DNA of 64,000 bases from Accumulibacter sp. (GTDB lineage: Bacteria; Pseudomonadota; Gammaproteobacteria; Burkholderiales; Rhodocyclaceae), in NCBI RefSeq assembly GCF_024235715.1, contig NZ_JACKLW010000012.1; one strand, 5' to 3'. Shown piece by piece: positions 43,464 to 56,160 of this stretch (the stretch's first letter is position 1; every line of letters begins with the position of its first letter). The position numbers were made by a program, and so were the translations under genes. The notes under the pieces were generated by a model. It saw only the letters and a list, made by a program, of their open reading frames with translations, searched no databases and had not been told where the DNA came from.

Positions 43464-44960
43464 GTGGAATTTAGCATAAAAAGCGGCAACCCGGAGAAGC
43501 AGCGCAGCGCCTGTGTGGTCGTCGGCGTTTTCGAACCGCGCAAGCTGACGCTGGCCGCCGAACTCATCGACAATGCTGCGCGCAGCCACCTTTCGGACAT
43601 CATCCGGCGCGGGGACATGGAGGGCAAGGCAGGCACCACGCTCCTGCTGCACAACGTCCCCGGGACGCTCTGCGACCGTGTTCTGCTGGTCGGACTCGGC
43701 AAGGAAAAGGAGTTCGGCGACCGGGAGTACTGCGACGCGATTCGCTGTGCGGTCAGAACGCTCAACGAGACCGGTTCGTTTGACGGCACGGTGTTCCTGA
43801 CCGAAACGAGCGTCCGCAAACGCAGCGCTGCCTGGCGTGTGCGTCAGGCAGCGCTGGTCGCACAGCAGACCGTCTATCGCTTCGACCAGTTCAAGAGCAA
43901 GAAGGACAAGGTCCGTCGCCCGCTTCGCAAGCTGACCTTCATCGTCGATCGCCGGAACGAACTTGCCGCTGCCGAAGAAGCACTGAGCCAGGGGCAAGCC
44001 ATTGCCGAAGGCATGTCACTGGCCAAGGATCTGGCCAACCTGCCGGGCAATGTGTGCACCCCGAGCCATCTCGCAGAAACAGCGCAGAAACTGGCTGCAG
44101 AACACAAGCTCGAATGCCAGATTCTTGAACGCGATGAAATGGCGGCACTGGGCATGCACTCGCTGCTCTCCGTCGCGCAGAGCTCGCGGCAGGCGCCAAA
44201 ACTCATTGTCCTGCAGTACAAAGGTGGCAAGAGTGACGAAAAACCGGTGCTGCTGGTCGGCAAGGGCGTCACCTTCGACAGTGGTGGCATCTCGCTCAAA
44301 CCGGCGCCGGAAATGGACGAGATGAAATACGACATGTGCGGTGCCGCCAGCGTGCTCGGCGCCATCAAGGCCGCCGCACTGATGAAGCTGCCGCTCAACC
44401 TGACCGTAATAGTGCCGAGCACGGAAAACATGCCCGGCGGCGGCGCCAGCCGACCGGGAGACATCGTTACCTCGATGTCCGGACAGACAATCGAAATTCT
44501 CAACACCGACGCCGAAGGCCGCCTGATTCTCTGTGACGCACTGACCTACGCCGCGCGCTTCGAACCGGACACGGTGATCGACGTCGCCACCCTCACCGGC
44601 GCCTGCGTGGTCGCGCTCGGCCATGTCGCCACCGGCCTCTTCGCCAACAACGATACCCTGGCCAGGGAACTGGAGCATGCCGGTGACGAAGCGCATGACC
44701 GAGCCTGGCAGATGCCGCTCTGGAACGACTACCAGGAACTGCTCAAAAGCCCCTTCGCCGATATGGCCAACATCGGCGGCCGCTGGGGCGGCAGCATCAC
44801 CGCCGCCTGCTTCCTTGCCCGCTTTACCAAGAAATACATCTGGGCCCATCTCGATATTGCGGGCACTGCCTGGACCTCCGGCACCGACAAGGGAGCCACC
44901 GGGCGACCGGTGCCGCTGCTGATGCACTATCTGCTGAAGCGCGCCGGGAAACTCAAGTGA
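43464..44960 (+). CDS. pepA: Leucyl aminopeptidase
   Basis: GKGVTFDSGGISLK, MKYDMCGAA and NTDAEGRL. Confidence 0.96.
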   Translation: MEFSIKSGNPEKQRSACVVVGVFEPRKLTLAAELIDNAARSHLSDIIRRGDMEGKAGTTLLLHNVPGTLCDRVLLVGLGKEKEFGDREYCDAIRCAVRTLNETGSFDGTVFLTETSVRKRSAAWRVRQAALVAQQTVYRFDQFKSKKDKVRRPLRKLTFIVDRRNELAAAEEALSQGQAIAEGMSLAKDLANLPGNVCTPSHLAETAQKLAAEHKLECQILERDEMAALGMHSLLSVAQSSRQAPKLIVLQYKGGKSDEKPVLLVGKGVTFDSGGISLKPAPEMDEMKYDMCGAASVLGAIKAAALMKLPLNLTVIVPSTENMPGGGASRPGDIVTSMSGQTIEILNTDAEGRLILCDALTYAARFEPDTVIDVATLTGACVVALGHVATGLFANNDTLARELEHAGDEAHDRAWQMPLWNDYQELLKSPFADMANIGGRWGGSITAACFLARFTKKYIWAHLDIAGTAWTSGTDKGATGRPVPLLMHYLLKRAGKLK

Positions 44961-45382
44961 CGCAGATCTTTTTCTATCACAACGCCGCCAACCGGATCGG
45001 CGCAGCGGTAACTCTGATCGGCAAGGCCTTTGCCCAGAAGAAAGCCTTGCTGGTCTACGCTCCCGACGCCGAACTCGCTGCGGCACTCGACCGACAGCTT
45101 TGGGGACACCCGCCGACAGGTTTTGTCCCGCACGTCACCGCCGACTCGCCACTCGCCGGTGAAACGCCGGTGCTGATCGCCAGCAAGCTGGAATCCCTGC
45201 CCCACGACGAACGGCTGTTCAACCTTTCCAGCGAAATACCGCCGGGCTTTTCGCGCTTTACGAGCCTGATCGAAGTCGTCGGCCGAAATGACGAGGAACG
45301 CGCCGACGGCCGTCGACGCGCCCGTTTCTACACGGATCGCGGCTACGACGTCCGCTACGTCGATTGCGCGGGGAGAAGCTGA
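44957..45382 (+). CDS. holC: DNA polymerase III chi subunit
   Basis: LDRQLW...FVPH...LFNLS...RLIEVV-like segment; pepA-holC-valS synteny. Confidence 0.9.
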   Translation: MTQIFFYHNAANRIGAAVTLIGKAFAQKKALLVYAPDAELAAALDRQLWGHPPTGFVPHVTADSPLAGETPVLIASKLESLPHDERLFNLSSEIPPGFSRFTSLIEVVGRNDEERADGRRRARFYTDRGYDVRYVDCAGRS

Positions 45383-45876
45383 TGTCCGATGACGACGACC
45401 TGCTCAGCCGCGCCAACTCGCTGATCAACGCCGACGCAGCGGCGGCGCGCGGAGAACGCCGCAACAGCCCGCGCCAGATGCGGCGGCGGCGCAGCTTCCT
45501 GGCCTCGGCGAACCCTGACGGCGATTCGGAAGGCGGCGCTCGTTTTGTCCGACGCAGCGCAGAAGACGACGATCTGCCGCTGTTGACCGACGTTGTCGCC
45601 GCCGAGGTCGAACCAGCGCCGGGCGTCGACGAGATCGCTGCAGGCCTGCGCCCGACACTTGCTGCGGAACTTGCAGCGCTCGTCAACCGGCAACTGGCCG
45701 ATGCCCTGCCGCTCCTGGTGGAAACTGCCGCACACGAAGCGGCCGAGCGCTTGCGCGAGGGTATCGAAGCCAGGATCGCCGTGGCTGCGGGTGACTTCGT
45801 CGCCCGGCGCGGGCAACTGCAACTGCCGCTCGAAGATCCGCTCGACAACCAAACGGCAACACCCGACCAGGCGTAG
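45382..45876 (+). CDS. Hypothetical acidic protein between holC and valS
   Basis: ATG 45382; DDLPLLTDVV motif and a helical C-terminus. Confidence 0.65.
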   Translation: MSDDDDLLSRANSLINADAAAARGERRNSPRQMRRRRSFLASANPDGDSEGGARFVRRSAEDDDLPLLTDVVAAEVEPAPGVDEIAAGLRPTLAAELAALVNRQLADALPLLVETAAHEAAERLREGIEARIAVAAGDFVARRGQLQLPLEDPLDNQTATPDQA

Positions 45877-45944
45877 GTCTCGCGGCCCGGGGCGACGGCG
45901 CGATCCGGTATAATGCGCGCTCCTGAAATCCACCTGCCCCTTCC

Positions 45945-48767
45945 ATGGAACTCGCCAAGAGCTTTGAACCGGCTGACATCGAGCGTCGCTGGTACCCCGA
46001 ATGGGAAGCGAGAGGCTACTTCGACGCCGGCCTCGATACCGACAAGAAGCCCGAAGCTTCCTTCTGCATCCTGCTGCCACCGCCGAACGTCACTGGTACC
46101 CTGCACATGGGGCACGGCTTCAACCAGGCGATCATGGACGCACTCACCCGTTACCATCGCATGCGCGGTGACAGCACCCTGTGGCAACCGGGGACGGATC
46201 ATGCGGGAATCGCCACCCAGATTGTCGTCGAACGTCAGCTGGACGCACAGGGAGTCTCCCGGCACGAGCTCGGTCGCGAGAAATTTCTCGAAAAAGTCTG
46301 GCAGTGGAAGGAGTTCTCGGGCAATACCATCACCCAGCAGATGCGCCGCCTTGGCACCTCGCCGGACTGGAGCCGCGAGCGCTTTACCATGGACGCCGGC
46401 CTGTCCACCACCGTCACCGAGACCTTCGTCCGCCTCTACCGGGAGGGCCTGATCTATCGCGGCAAGCGCCTGGTCAACTGGGATCCGGTGCTGCAGACCG
46501 CGGTCTCGGACCTCGAGGTGGCACAGGAAGAAGAACAGGGCCACCTCTGGCACATTCGCTATCCGCTGGCTGATGGCAGTGCGACGCTGACCGTCGCCAC
46601 GACACGACCGGAAACGATGCTTGGCGATACCGCCGTGATGGTCCATCCGGAAGACGAGCGTTACCGCCACCTGCTCGGGAAGATGGTCAGACTGCCGCTC
46701 TGCGGGCGCGAGATCCCGATCATTGCCGACGCCTACGTGGACCTCGAATTTGGTACCGGTTGCGTCAAGGTCACACCGGCTCACGACTTCAATGACTACG
46801 CCGTCGGCCAGCGTCACAAGCTGCAGATGATCCCGATCCTGACGCTCGACGCCAGGATCAACGAGAACGCACCCGCTTGCTACCAGGGCATGGATCGCTT
46901 TGCTGCGCGCCAGCAGATCGTCGCCGACCTCGAAGCGCAGGGCTTTCTCGAAAAGGTCGAGCCACATGCCCTGAAAGTGCCGCGCGGCGACCGCACCGGT
47001 GTGGTCATCGAGCCGATGCTTACCGACCAGTGGTTCGTCGCGATGAGCAAAGCCGGCGCCGACGGCACGAGCATTGCCGGCAAGGCGCTGGACTGCGTCG
47101 CCTCGGGCGAGATTCGCTTCTTCCCGGAAAACTGGGTCAATACCTACAACCAGTGGCTGAACAACATTCAGGACTGGTGCATCTCGCGACAGCTGTGGTG
47201 GGGCCACCAGATCCCGGCCTGGTACGGCGACGAAGGGCGCATCTTCGTTGCCCATGACGAAGCGGAAGCCAGGGCGCTGGCCGATGAACAAGGCTACAGC
47301 GGCCCGCTGACGCGCGACCCGGACGTCCTCGATACCTGGTATTCATCAGCACTGTGGCCGTTCTCGACGCTCGACTGGACGCCACAGTGGCCGGCGGAGA
47401 CGAACACCGCGCTCGAACTGTATCTGCCGTCCACCGTCCTGGTCACCGGTTTCGACATCATCTTCTTCTGGGTCGCGCGGATGGTGATGATGACCCGGCA
47501 CATCACCGGCAAGATCCCGTTCAGGCATGTCTATGTGCATGGCCTGATCCGCGATGCCGAAGGCCAGAAGATGAGCAAGTCCAAGGGCAATGTCCTCGAC
47601 CCCATCGACCTCATCGACGGCATCGACCTGGACGCTCTTGTCGGCAAGCGAACCAGCGGCCTGATGAACCCGAAGCAGGCGGCGCAGATCGAAAAGCGCA
47701 CGCGCAGGGAATTCCCGCAGGGCATCCAGGCATTCGGCACCGACGCACTGCGCTTCACTTTCCTGTCGCTGGCCAGCCCCGGCCGCGACATCAAGTTCGA
47801 CCTCAGCCGCTGCGAAGGCTACCGCAATTTCTGCAACAAGCTGTGGAACGCGACGCGCTACGTGTTGATGCATACCGCCGAACATGACCTCGGCCTGGCA
47901 GCATGCACGCCGGAGAGCTGCTCGACCGCATTGCGCTTCTCCTTCGCCGACCGCTGGATCGTCAGCAAGCTGCAGCGCACGGAAGCCGAGGTCGCACAAC
48001 ACTACGCCGACTACCGCTTCGACCTGCTGGCGCGTTCGGTTTACGAGTTCGTCTGGGACGAGTTCTGCGACTGGTACGTCGAGCTGTCGAAAGTGCAGTT
48101 GCAGCACGGAAGTGAACAGGAAGTCCGTGCTACCCGCCGCACGCTGGCGCGCGTTCTGGAAACCGTCCTGCGCCTGGCGCACCCGCTGCTGCCTTTCATT
48201 ACCGAAGAGCTCTGGCAAGCCCTGGCGCCGATCGCCGGCCGCAAGACGCACGACTCGGTGATGCTCGCCGCCTACCCCCGGGCGCAGCCGGAAAAGATCG
48301 ACCCGGACAGCGAAGCCCGCGTCCAGCAACTGAAGGATCTGGCCTACGCCTGCCGCAACCTGCGCGGTGAAATGAACCTCTCGCCAGCCCAGCGCGTACC
48401 GCTCCTGAGCAGTGGCGACAGCGCTTCGCTTGCTCGCTTCGCGCCATATCTGACGGCACTCTGCAAGCTCTCGGAAATGCAGATTGTCGATGACCTGCCG
48501 GCCGAGGCGAGCGCACCGATCGCCATCGTCGGTGAAACAAAGCTGATGCTGCAGGTCGAGATCGACGTCGCCGTCGAAGGTGAGCGGCTCGACAGGGAAA
48601 TCGCGCGCCTTGCCGGAGAGATCGGCAAGGCGAGAGCCAAGCTCGCCAACGAGCGCTTCGTCGCGCGGGCGCCGGCGGCAGTCGTCGAACAGGAAAAGAA
48701 GCGGCTGGACGACTTCCTGGCCACGCTGGAAAAACTCGAACCGCAGCGCGAGCGTCTGCGCCGCTAG
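45945..48767 (+). CDS. valS: Valine--tRNA ligase
   Basis: [18 protein letters not shown] and a C-terminal coiled coil. Confidence 0.98.
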   Translation: MELAKSFEPADIERRWYPEWEARGYFDAGLDTDKKPEASFCILLPPPNVTGTLHMGHGFNQAIMDALTRYHRMRGDSTLWQPGTDHAGIATQIVVERQLDAQGVSRHELGREKFLEKVWQWKEFSGNTITQQMRRLGTSPDWSRERFTMDAGLSTTVTETFVRLYREGLIYRGKRLVNWDPVLQTAVSDLEVAQEEEQGHLWHIRYPLADGSATLTVATTRPETMLGDTAVMVHPEDERYRHLLGKMVRLPLCGREIPIIADAYVDLEFGTGCVKVTPAHDFNDYAVGQRHKLQMIPILTLDARINENAPACYQGMDRFAARQQIVADLEAQGFLEKVEPHALKVPRGDRTGVVIEPMLTDQWFVAMSKAGADGTSIAGKALDCVASGEIRFFPENWVNTYNQWLNNIQDWCISRQLWWGHQIPAWYGDEGRIFVAHDEAEARALADEQGYSGPLTRDPDVLDTWYSSALWPFSTLDWTPQWPAETNTALELYLPSTVLVTGFDIIFFWVARMVMMTRHITGKIPFRHVYVHGLIRDAEGQKMSKSKGNVLDPIDLIDGIDLDALVGKRTSGLMNPKQAAQIEKRTRREFPQGIQAFGTDALRFTFLSLASPGRDIKFDLSRCEGYRNFCNKLWNATRYVLMHTAEHDLGLAACTPESCSTALRFSFADRWIVSKLQRTEAEVAQHYADYRFDLLARSVYEFVWDEFCDWYVELSKVQLQHGSEQEVRATRRTLARVLETVLRLAHPLLPFITEELWQALAPIAGRKTHDSVMLAAYPRAQPEKIDPDSEARVQQLKDLAYACRNLRGEMNLSPAQRVPLLSSGDSASLARFAPYLTALCKLSEMQIVDDLPAEASAPIAIVGETKLMLQVEIDVAVEGERLDREIARLAGEIGKARAKLANERFVARAPAAVVEQEKKRLDDFLATLEKLEPQRERLRR

Positions 48768-50575
48768 TCCGATTCCGCGTCGAGAATGACCGGCAGCAGG
48801 CCGCGCAAGGCGTTACCGACGAACAAGGCCGACGCCTGCAGGAGATCCTCGCGCCGCAGGACCTGCTCGACGGCCCGCCCGGATTCCAGCAGCGATCTGC
48901 GCAGGACGCCGGGCAACAGCCCGCAGCCCAGTGGCGGAGTCAGCAATCGCCCGTCGCGCTCGACGAAGACGTTGCTGCGCGCGCCTTCGCAAACCTCACC
49001 GCGGGTGTTCAGAAAAACCGCGTCGAACACCGCCGGCTGTTCGGCCAGCGCCGCCAGCGCGCGATCGTAGCGCACGCGCGCCGTGGTCTTGTGGCGCAAC
49101 AGGTAGTCATCGGCGGGCAGCGCTTCGTCAGCCACAACGACGTGCCACACATGCCCCGGCTCCGCCGCGTTCAAGGGCGACACATCGATGGCAAAGCGGC
49201 CGTCGTGCGCCAGCGACAGACGAACACGGAAGACACCTTGCTGCCGAGATGCGGTTGTCGCGGCCAGCGCTGCCTGCAGCGTCCGCTGCGGGCAGGCAAA
49301 GCCGAGGCTGCGTGCGGACGCCTGCAGGCGCTCGATATGCAAGGCCAGCAGCGGATAGACGCCGTTTTCCAGGCGCAGCGTTTCGAACAATTCGAACCCC
49401 GGGTCGAAGGCGGTCAGAAAACTCGCCTTCAGCAGGCATTCGGCATACTCGCGCGCCGGATCGGCATCGATCACGATGCCGCTGCCGACACCGAGTCTGG
49501 CCCGGCGATCGGCGCCGACTTCTATGGTGCGAATGGCGACATTGAAGCGGCAGTCGCCACCCGGCGCCAGCCAACCCAAGGCGCCCGTGTACAAGCCACG
49601 CGACCCGTGCTCGAGCTCGGCGATGCGTTGCATGGCACGGATCTTCGGCGCGCCGGTGATCGAACCGCAGGGAAACAGCGCCATGAAAAGATCGGCCAGC
49701 CCGACGCCAGGCAACTCCGCGGCAACCGTAGACACCATCTGCCACAGAGTCGGGTAGGCCTCTGCCTCGCACAAGGCCTCGACGCGCACTTTGCCGGGCT
49801 GTGCCAGGCGCCCCAGGTCGTTGCGCAGCAGATCGACGATCATGACGTTCTCGGCACGCTCCTTTGCCGAGGCAAGAAGAGCTGAACGATTCGCCTGGTC
49901 CTCCGGCGGCGTCCTGCCGCGCGGCGCGGTGCCTTTCATCGGGCGCGTCAGGACGCGCTCGCCCAGGCGCTCGAAAAACAGCTCCGGCGAGAAGGAAAGA
50001 AGCGTTTCGACGGCCGTGCACAGGAACCCGCCATAGCGCACCGGCTGTCGTTCGCGCAGGCGTGCATAAAGTGCGAAGGGATGTCCGAACACCTCGAAAG
50101 TCAACGGAAAAGTGAGATTGATCTGATAGCAATCGCCGTCGCTGATCCAGCGACGAATGCGGCGGACCTGTGCCGCGTAGCGCGCGGCATCAACGCCAGG
50201 CGACAGATCGGCGATTCCAGCCGACCGTTGATACTCGGGCAGGGCTGCCAGCTGCTCGGCGAGAAAGCTATCGACTGCCGGCGCGTCCAGGCGCCGACCA
50301 GCCGCGAACACCCAGGCGCGCAACAGGCTCCGGCCGCACGCCGGCTGCGGAACCGCCGGCTCGAACCGCGCTCCCAGCCCATAATCGGCCGCCAGCGCCA
50401 CCCAGTGCCCGGCAGCAAGCTCGCCTTCGATTGCCGCGAAAACATCACGCGGTTCGGCAGCCCCATCGAGGAAAAACGAGCCGCAGCTGTCAGTCAACAG
50501 CACTGCGCTGCCACCATCGGCGTCGAAGAGCGCGAACTGGCCGGCGGGCGTCAATCGGCGAATCGGCAGCGACAA
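48764..50575 (-). CDS. pabB: Aminodeoxychorismate synthase component I fused to a class IV aminotransferase/ADC-lyase-like domain
   Basis: [28 protein letters not shown] and [11 protein letters not shown]; C-terminal HKTT...EGARSNVF...LLPGVLR. Confidence 0.9.
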   Translation of the reverse strand: MSLPIRRLTPAGQFALFDADGGSAVLLTDSCGSFFLDGAAEPRDVFAAIEGELAAGHWVALAADYGLGARFEPAVPQPACGRSLLRAWVFAAGRRLDAPAVDSFLAEQLAALPEYQRSAGIADLSPGVDAARYAAQVRRIRRWISDGDCYQINLTFPLTFEVFGHPFALYARLRERQPVRYGGFLCTAVETLLSFSPELFFERLGERVLTRPMKGTAPRGRTPPEDQANRSALLASAKERAENVMIVDLLRNDLGRLAQPGKVRVEALCEAEAYPTLWQMVSTVAAELPGVGLADLFMALFPCGSITGAPKIRAMQRIAELEHGSRGLYTGALGWLAPGGDCRFNVAIRTIEVGADRRARLGVGSGIVIDADPAREYAECLLKASFLTAFDPGFELFETLRLENGVYPLLALHIERLQASARSLGFACPQRTLQAALAATTASRQQGVFRVRLSLAHDGRFAIDVSPLNAAEPGHVWHVVVADEALPADDYLLRHKTTARVRYDRALAALAEQPAVFDAVFLNTRGEVCEGARSNVFVERDGRLLTPPLGCGLLPGVLRRSLLESGRAVEQVLRREDLLQASALFVGNALRGLLPVILDAESD

Positions 50576-50632
50576 CAGCGGTCGTCGGGCTGCGCGGGCA
50601 GCGGTGCTGCCGAGCAGCGAAAGGCTCTGGCG

Positions 50633-50860
50633 CTATTTGCGCTTGATGTAGAACTCGTAGATGTCACTCGTCGCGACATTCGACAGCAACTCGTTGCCGG
50701 TCTGTTTGGCGAACGCCTGAAAGTCCTTGACCGACCCCGGATCAGTCGCCAGCACATGTAACACTTCACCGGGCGACATCTCCGACAGCGCCTTCTTCGT
50801 ACGCAGAATAGGCAGGGGGCAATTCAGCCCTTTCACATCGAGCTCTCGGTCGCAATGCAT
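50633..50860 (-). CDS. tusA: Sulfur carrier TusA/SirA
   Basis: LDVKGLNCPLPIL (CPxP motif) and TDPGS..DF. Confidence 0.92.
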   Translation of the reverse strand: MHCDRELDVKGLNCPLPILRTKKALSEMSPGEVLHVLATDPGSVKDFQAFAKQTGNELLSNVATSDIYEFYIKRK

Positions 50861-50892
50861 GATCAGGTCCAGAACAAAACTGAGCGGCTATT

Positions 50893-52356
50893 CTAACCGC
50901 CATTCCTCTTCTTCTCCTTCGCCTCCTCGGCCAGCTGCTTGCGCAGGTCACGCAGGCGCGCGTCGACGGCCGACTTCTCGAAGAAATCCCCGTCACCAGC
51001 CTGTTGTGCAAACTGCAACTGCTCGACAGCGGCGCCCAGCTGCCCCTGCAGCAGGTAGAACTCGGCCTGCGAACGGTGTTGTTGCAGGCGTTTGCCGAGC
51101 GCCGCAAAGGTCTTCGCTTGCAGACCATAAAGCTTGTAGTCGGTGCTGTGGACTTGCAGTTGCGACTCGATAAAGCGCAGGCTCTGGTCATACCGCCTCC
51201 CGTCGAGCAGGGCTTCGGCGTACCCATACACCAGTGCATTGGACTGCGGGTAGCGCTGCAGGGCATCACGATATATCCTCTGCGCGCCGGCGTGGTCGCC
51301 GGCGGCGACCGCCGTTCTGGCCGCCAGGCCGGCAATCATCGGCGACGACGCCTTGAGTGCTGTCAGCGTGTCGACTTCCTTCTGCGCCGCAGCCACATTC
51401 TTGCCTTGCAGCAGGGCGTACGCCAGTCCGTAGCGGGTCGCCACCTCTGAGGCATATTTCTTCTCCCGCAGTTGCTTGCTGAACTCCTTGACCGCCTCCC
51501 CGGGCGTAAGCGCCTGGGCACGCAGCTTGCTGCGCACGAGATGGAAATCCATGCTGTCGGCAACCTGCCGGTAGGAGGCGTTCTGCGCCCGGTTCTGCAT
51601 GTCGGACATACGTTCGACGGTCAGCGGATGCGAGCGCAGATAGACCGGCGCGTTATTCTCGTATACCCGCCCGGCGAGTTGCATGCGGCCGAAGAAGTCG
51701 CTCATGCCACGCACGTCGTAGCCTGCCTTGGCCAGCGTCTGAAACCCCAGACGATCGGCTTCGCGCTCGAAATCACGGCTGTAGGCCAACTGCGACTGGA
51801 TCGACGCGGCCTGGGCGGAGGCAATCGCCGCAGTCGCCACCTGCGCGTTCGACCGCGCTGCGAGGACTCCAACGGCCATGGCGACCATGGTCGCGATCGA
51901 ACTCTGCTTCTCCCTTGCAATTTGCCGGGCCAGGTGACCCTGGCTCACGTGCGAGATCTCGTGAGCGATCACGGCGGCTAGCTCGGACTCCGATTGCGCA
52001 GTAAGCAGCGTGCCCGTGTTCACGCCGATGAAACCGCCAAACATCGCGAAAGCATTCACCGTGTTGTCGCGCATGGCAAAGAAATAGTAATCACCTGCCG
52101 GGTTCGCGCTGGCGGCGACCAGACGATGGCCCAGGAAACGCAGGTAGTCTTCTATATCGGGATCATCGACATAGCCGGGCTCATGCGCGCGTATGTCATT
52201 GAAGATTTCCTCGCCGATCTTGCGTTCGAGCTGCGGCGAGAGGTCTACCCGCGCGGAATCGCCGAGATCCGGCAGCCCGTCTGCCAGAACCGATGCGGAA
52301 CCGCCCAGCAAGACAGCAGCGGCCAAGGACACTGCGGTGGCAATCATTCTGATCAA
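50893..52356 (-). CDS. M48 metalloprotease with TPR domain (BepA-like)
   Basis: Signal peptide, [14 protein letters not shown] (HExxH), EREAD and YLRSHP. Confidence 0.9.
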   Translation of the reverse strand: MIRMIATAVSLAAAVLLGGSASVLADGLPDLGDSARVDLSPQLERKIGEEIFNDIRAHEPGYVDDPDIEDYLRFLGHRLVAASANPAGDYYFFAMRDNTVNAFAMFGGFIGVNTGTLLTAQSESELAAVIAHEISHVSQGHLARQIAREKQSSIATMVAMAVGVLAARSNAQVATAAIASAQAASIQSQLAYSRDFEREADRLGFQTLAKAGYDVRGMSDFFGRMQLAGRVYENNAPVYLRSHPLTVERMSDMQNRAQNASYRQVADSMDFHLVRSKLRAQALTPGEAVKEFSKQLREKKYASEVATRYGLAYALLQGKNVAAAQKEVDTLTALKASSPMIAGLAARTAVAAGDHAGAQRIYRDALQRYPQSNALVYGYAEALLDGRRYDQSLRFIESQLQVHSTDYKLYGLQAKTFAALGKRLQQHRSQAEFYLLQGQLGAAVEQLQFAQQAGDGDFFEKSAVDARLRDLRKQLAEEAKEKKRNGG

Positions 52357-52496
52357 GTGATGGACTCCCGGCCAGCCTCGGCACGAGCCGAGAAAGATTT
52401 GCTATGATACCCAACGACGCTGCAGAGATATGTTACCAAGCGTTACCAGCTGTACCCGACTCGTCTCGACGTGCCTTCATTGCCGCAGCGATCCCT

Positions 52497-52979
52497 ATGT
52501 CCGCCAGCCCGCTCACCCATTTCGATCCCCACGGCCAGGCGCAGATGGTCGACGTCGGCGACAAGGCCGAAACCGACCGGCAGGCAAGCGCTGCCGGCAG
52601 CATCTTGATGCGACCGGAAACCCTGGCGCTGATCGTCAGGGGCTCGGCGAAAAAGGGCGACGTTCTCGGCGTTGCAAGGATCGCGGCGATTCAGGGCGCC
52701 AAACGCACGTCCGAGTTGATTCCCCTGTGTCATCCTGTCGCGCTGACCAGAGTTTCCATCGACTTCGAAATCGATGGCGCCGCCAATGCCGTGCATTGTG
52801 TGGCCCGTGCCGAGTGCTTCGGTCGTACCGGCGTGGAGATGGAAGCCCTGTGCGCCGCGAGCATCGGCTTGCTGACCATCTACGACATGTGCAAAGCCGT
52901 TGACCGCGGCATGCGGATCGAAGCCGTTCGCCTTCTTGAAAAACTCGGCGGCAAATCTGGGCACTGGACGGCGGGCTGA
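52497..52979 (+). CDS. moaC: Cyclic pyranopterin monophosphate synthase
   Basis: [27 protein letters not shown] and [10 protein letters not shown]. Confidence 0.96.
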   Translation: MSASPLTHFDPHGQAQMVDVGDKAETDRQASAAGSILMRPETLALIVRGSAKKGDVLGVARIAAIQGAKRTSELIPLCHPVALTRVSIDFEIDGAANAVHCVARAECFGRTGVEMEALCAASIGLLTIYDMCKAVDRGMRIEAVRLLEKLGGKSGHWTAG

Positions 52980-53006
52980 GCACCGCTTACACGCCGCGCC
53001 TGGACG

Positions 53007-53030
53007 AAAAAAAACCCGCCGGAGGCGGGT
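53007..53030 (-). terminator. Rho-independent terminator after the cold-shock gene
   Basis: Minus strand ACCCGC-CTCCG-GCGGGT followed by a T-run. Confidence 0.75.
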
Positions 53031-53052
53031 CCCTGTTGCACACCCAAAAAAC

Positions 53053-53256
53053 TCAGGCGCGCGCGATATTCGAAGCTTGCTTGCCCTTGGGGCCTTGCGT
53101 CACGTCGAAGGAAACCTTCTCGCCCTCTTTGAGGGTCTTGAATCCACCCATGGTGATCGCGGAGAAATGGGCGAAGAGGTCTTCACTGCCATCATCCGGA
53201 GTAATGAAGCCAAAACCCTTAGCATCATTGAACCACTTCACTGTACCAGTTGCCAT
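53053..53256 (-). CDS. cspD: Cold-shock domain protein (CspD-like position)
   Basis: [22 protein letters not shown]; divergent from clpS-clpA. Confidence 0.85.
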   Translation of the reverse strand: MATGTVKWFNDAKGFGFITPDDGSEDLFAHFSAITMGGFKTLKEGEKVSFDVTQGPKGKQASNIARA

Positions 53257-53517
53257 ATTGCCACTTCCTTGAAAAAAGACTAAATCCGGGCGGTGCCCGA
53301 CTTGCATGCTTCTAATTCAACCGCAACCGGGACGGAAGTTCACGAAGTCGGAACAACCAAACGGGGGGTCTGCATAAAAACATTCCACCTTTTTACGCCA
53401 ACTCGCGCTGATGCGTCAAGCGTTTTCATCGTCCGGCGCTGGACAGACCGTCAATCGCTGGCACGAATTGCTACAGGGCGGTATTGCGCATCCGTAAAGA
53501 CTGGTTAGAATTCATCC

Positions 53518-53826
53518 ATGGCAACACAGCATCAGGACCACTCCCTACTGCAGGCGCAGCGCACGCAGGTCAAACCGCCGCCACTTTACAAAGTCCTGTT
53601 GCTGAACGACGATTTCACACCCATGGATTTCGTGATCGTCGTTCTGCAGCGGTTTTTTGGGATGGATCGAGAACACGCGACGCGAATCATGCTCAAAGTT
53701 CACACCGATGGACGCGGCGTGTGTGGCGTCTACCCGCGTGATGTCGCGGCCACGAAAGTTGAACAGGTCACAGCCTTCGCACGAAGCAACCAGCACCCCC
53801 TGGCGTGCGTAATGGAGGAAAACTGA
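53518..53826 (+). CDS. clpS: N-end rule adaptor ClpS
   Basis: [26 protein letters not shown] and HPLAC. Confidence 0.96.
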   Translation: MATQHQDHSLLQAQRTQVKPPPLYKVLLLNDDFTPMDFVIVVLQRFFGMDREHATRIMLKVHTDGRGVCGVYPRDVAATKVEQVTAFARSNQHPLACVMEEN

Positions 53827-56085
53827 ATGATTGCCCAGGAACTAGAAGTCAGCCTGCACATGGCATTTGTCGAGGCACGCCAGAAGCGCCATGAGTTCAT
53901 CACCGTCGAGCACCTCCTGCTCGCATTGCTGGACAACCCGTCCGCGGCCGAAGCGATGCGCGCCTGCGGCGCCAGTCTTGAGCAACTGCGCAAGGATCTG
54001 ACCCGCTTCATCGGTGAACACACGCCGACCGTCGCCGGCGAAGATGAAATCGATACTCAGCCGACACTCGGCTTCCAGCGCGTCATCCAGCGCGCCATAC
54101 TGCATGTCCAGTCTTCGGGCCGCAAGGAAGTCAACGGTGCGAACGTCCTGGTGGCGATCTTCGGCGAGAAGGATTCGCATGCCGTCTACTACCTGCAAAA
54201 GCAGGGCGTTACCCGGCTCGACGTGGTCAACTTCATCTCGCACGGAATCAGCCGTATCCCTCAGAGCGCGCCACGCGGAGAGCCGGAAGTGGAGCACGAA
54301 GCGGACCAGCAAAGCGCTGCCGGCCCGCTCGAGAGCTATACCATCAACCTCAACGCGCTGGCTTTGCAGGGCAAGATCGACCCGCTCATCGGCCGCGATC
54401 GTGAGCTTGAACGGGTCATCCAGACACTGTGCCGGCGACGCAAGAACAACCCCTTGCTGGTTGGTGAGGCAGGCGTCGGAAAGACGGCGATTGCCGAAGG
54501 ACTGGCGCGGCGGATCGTCGAGTGCGACATCCCGGAAATCCTCGCCAAGGCGAACGTCTACTGCCTGGACATGGGCTCGCTACTGGCCGGAACGAAGTAT
54601 CGTGGCGATTTCGAACAACGCCTGAAGGCCGTTCTCAAACAACTCGGCGAGAATCCGCAGGCGATCCTGTTCATTGACGAGATTCACACTTTGATCGGCG
54701 CCGGCTCGGCCTCGGGCGGCACGCTCGACGCCTCCAACCTGCTCAAACCAGCCCTTTCGTCAGGGCAGCTGAAGTGTATCGGCGCGACCACCTACAACGA
54801 ATATCGCGGCATTTTCGAGAAGGACCACGCGCTTTCGCGGCGGTTCCAGAAGATCGACGTCAACGAGCCGTCGAGCGCCGAGGCCGTCGAGATCCTCAAA
54901 GGACTGAAGTCGCGCTTCGAGGCCCACCACGGCATCAAGTACTCGGCGGCAGCGCTGACCTCCGCCGTCGAACTGGCGGTGCGTTTCATTACCGATCGCC
55001 ACCTGCCCGACAAGGCCATCGACGTCATCGACGAGGCCGGAGCCGCGCAGAGAATCCTGCCAAAGTCCAGGCAGAAGAAGGTCATTGGCAAGATCGACAT
55101 CGAGGAGATCGTTGCCAAGATCGCGCGCATCCCGTCCACGCACGTTTCGTCGGATGACCGGAACAGTCTGCGCAACCTCGATCGTGATCTGAAAGCGATC
55201 GTCTTTGGCCAGAATGCAGCAATCGACGCGCTGACCAGAGCAATAAAGATGGCCCGTTCGGGTCTTGGCAACCCCGCCAAACCGATCGGCAGCTTCCTTT
55301 TTTCGGGCCCCACCGGCGTCGGCAAGACGGAAGTTGCCAAGCAGCTGGCATACTGTCTCGGCAACGAGCTGATCCGCTTCGACATGTCCGAATACATGGA
55401 ACGGCATGCCGTGTCACGGCTGATCGGTGCGCCGCCCGGCTACGTCGGCTTCGATCAGGGTGGCTTGCTGACCGAGGCAGTCACCAAGAAACCGTACAGT
55501 GTACTGCTGCTCGACGAAATCGAAAAAGCGCATCCCGACATCTACAACATACTGCTGCAGGTGATGGATCATGGGACGTTGACCGACAACAACGGCCGCA
55601 AGGCGGATTTCCGCAATGTGATCATCATCATGACCACCAACGCCGGACAAGAAGCGATCCAGAAGGCAACGATGGGCTTCACGCCGACACGTCAGGCTGG
55701 TGACGAAATGGTCGAGATAAAACGCATCTTTACGCCCGAGTTCCGTAACCGGCTCGATGCCACGATCTCTTTCAAGTCACTCGATCACGAAGTCATTCTG
55801 CGCGTGGTAGACAAGTTCCTGATGCAGCTCGAGGCGCAACTGCACGAGAAGAAAGTCGAAGCCGTATTCACTTCAGCGATAAAGGACCACCTCGCTACGC
55901 ACGGCTTCGACCCGATGATGGGCGCGCGTCCGATGGCACGGCTGATTCAGGACACGATTCGCGCCTCGCTGGCCGATGAGCTGCTGTTCGGGCGCCTGGC
56001 GCACGGCGGCCACGTGACCGTCGATCTCGATGAGGACGAGAAAGTGAAACTGATCTTCGAAGAAGAGCCGGAGGTGGTCGCCTGA
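53827..56085 (+). CDS. clpA: ATP-dependent Clp protease ATP-binding subunit ClpA
   Basis: Two AAA modules, GEAGVGKT and GPTGVGKT; downstream of clpS. Confidence 0.97.
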   Translation: MIAQELEVSLHMAFVEARQKRHEFITVEHLLLALLDNPSAAEAMRACGASLEQLRKDLTRFIGEHTPTVAGEDEIDTQPTLGFQRVIQRAILHVQSSGRKEVNGANVLVAIFGEKDSHAVYYLQKQGVTRLDVVNFISHGISRIPQSAPRGEPEVEHEADQQSAAGPLESYTINLNALALQGKIDPLIGRDRELERVIQTLCRRRKNNPLLVGEAGVGKTAIAEGLARRIVECDIPEILAKANVYCLDMGSLLAGTKYRGDFEQRLKAVLKQLGENPQAILFIDEIHTLIGAGSASGGTLDASNLLKPALSSGQLKCIGATTYNEYRGIFEKDHALSRRFQKIDVNEPSSAEAVEILKGLKSRFEAHHGIKYSAAALTSAVELAVRFITDRHLPDKAIDVIDEAGAAQRILPKSRQKKVIGKIDIEEIVAKIARIPSTHVSSDDRNSLRNLDRDLKAIVFGQNAAIDALTRAIKMARSGLGNPAKPIGSFLFSGPTGVGKTEVAKQLAYCLGNELIRFDMSEYMERHAVSRLIGAPPGYVGFDQGGLLTEAVTKKPYSVLLLDEIEKAHPDIYNILLQVMDHGTLTDNNGRKADFRNVIIIMTTNAGQEAIQKATMGFTPTRQAGDEMVEIKRIFTPEFRNRLDATISFKSLDHEVILRVVDKFLMQLEAQLHEKKVEAVFTSAIKDHLATHGFDPMMGARPMARLIQDTIRASLADELLFGRLAHGGHVTVDLDEDEKVKLIFEEEPEVVA

Positions 56086-56160
56086 GGATGACGAGCGCCA
56101 AGGAGCTGAGCAAGGGCCGCTGGTCGGTCACACACGCACGGAGAACACGAGGTACACCGC

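Noticed and set aside
45258-47291. 677-aa minus-strand ORF and other long antisense ORFs over dxs, pepA, clpA, aceA and ilv genes
   Set aside because: They lie opposite well-supported housekeeping genes and have no recognisable domains.
53459-53472. TGGCACGAATTGCT upstream of clpS, sigma-54-like
   Set aside because: Spacing is GG-N8-GC, not the obligatory N10.
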